In this document: positions 57,301 through 57,758 of the stretch, one piece after another | Layout of the letters: each line of letters begins with the position of its first letter | Numbering within the stretch: position 1 is the first letter of the stretch | Assembly (NCBI GenBank): GCA_037142675.1 | Contig: JBAXAF010000005.1 | Span: forward strand, 1-57,758 | DNA from: Candidatus Berkelbacteria bacterium | Lineage (GTDB): Bacteria; Patescibacteriota; UBA1384; XYA2-FULL-43-10; CAINNR01 | Length of the DNA: 57,758 nt | Direction of reading: 5' to 3' | Position numbers and translations under genes: made by a program | Notes under the pieces: generated by a model | The model's database searches: none | Seen by the model: the letters and a program-made list of their open reading frames with translations, nothing else | What the model was told of the DNA's origin: nothing

Positions 57301-57488
57301 TGGTGCGACGCTAAGCGTCGCTTTCACCAAGTTAAGCTTGGTGGGCAGAACAGGAATTGGTCACGGATATCCCGATGCTTCGGGATTCCGCTACCCCGCC
57401 TCGGCGCCAGTCGCGCCTCCGGCTTTCAAGCCCTTTTACTTTTTAATACACCATGCCGCATAGCTAAACAAAGTTTAGCGAAGTGGCA
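57301..57488 (-). other. structured tRNA-Leu(GAG) trailer with a duplicated tRNA 3' end and an ACCA-ended minihelix
   Basis: 57339-57355 exactly repeats the tRNA 3' end at 57489-57505. Hairpin CACCAAG-CTTAA-CTTGGTG (57325-57343). Minihelix GCGACGC-TTA-GCGTCGC plus ACCA (57321-57301). GC-rich hairpins lie at about 57360-57440. Confidence 0.7.
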
Positions 57489-57575
57489 TGGTGGGCAGAA
57501 CAGGACTTGAACCTGCACGGCCTTGCGGCCACAGCCACCTCAAGGCTGCGTGTATACCAATTTCACCACCTGCCC
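57489..57575 (-). tRNA. tRNA-Leu (anticodon GAG), CCA encoded
   Basis: Acceptor GGGCAGG/TCTGCCC, anticodon stem CAGCC/GGCTG with loop TTGAGGT, long variable arm GGCCGCAAGGCC, T arm GCAGG-TTCAAGT-CCTGT. Confidence 0.9.
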
Positions 57576-57582
57576 TTTTTAC

Positions 57583-57608
57583 AAAAAATCTCGGCACCAG
57601 CCCGAGAT
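57583..57608 (-). terminator. intrinsic terminator of an upstream (off-window) minus-strand gene
   Basis: Minus strand TCTCGG-GCTGGTG-CCGAGA followed by T6, just upstream of tRNA-Leu(GAG). Confidence 0.5.
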
Positions 57609-57758
57609 ATAATAAATGATATCTTATTTAAGCTGGTTTAATGATTTTCTAAATTGATTGTAGCAGATGAGATAAAAAAAGTCAAAGCATGAAAAATATG
57701 CCTACTTAAGTTCTAATCCAAATCGCAACACATTAAAAAAATGAGACATCGAGGGCTT

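Overview
This is an AT-rich bacterial chromosome segment. Hand counts of single 60-nt lines give about 30-45% GC in ordinary genes. By inference it looks like a small-genome Patescibacteria/CPR-type organism. About 55 housekeeping and envelope genes all lie on the minus strand: ligA, typA, msrA/msrB, htpX, lemA, rplI, S41 protease, ftsEX, gpmI, def, secA, hpf, serS, lysS, dinB, greA, mrdA-mreDCB, mltG, ruvX, an ftsA-like gene, alaS, nrnA and rpsA. There are three tRNAs (Leu-UAA, Val-UAC, Leu-GAG). The genetic code is standard, since TAA, TAG and TGA all end recognisable genes. I saw no rRNA, CRISPR array, transposase or integrase. The main anomaly is six short GC-rich islands (about 55-60% GC on hand-counted lines) sitting exactly in intergenic gaps. 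Five carry ORFan genes, eight ORFs in total, each unit with its own near-consensus promoter, Shine-Dalgarno (SD) site and intrinsic terminator. Four of these five point against the genome-wide gene direction, and they share terminator and leader modules with each other. The sixth island looks like a structured non-coding RNA. Other notable items: a heliorhodopsin with the canonical Lys/Glu/His residues apparently co-transcribed with superoxide reductase and msrA; a peptide deformylase with a SecA-type SEC-C zinc tail overlapping the secA stop; a 4x heptanucleotide repeat in the secA tail where loss of one unit would fuse SecA to that deformylase; an in-frame insertion of about 40 aa in ligA made of palindromic repeats that also occur intergenically; structured trailers behind both tRNA-Leu genes, each holding an exact copy of the tRNA 3' end and a conserved two-hairpin module ending in ACCA; and a family of about 130-bp palindromic intergenic repeats. 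All family calls come from motifs recognised by eye, and no search or computation was run.
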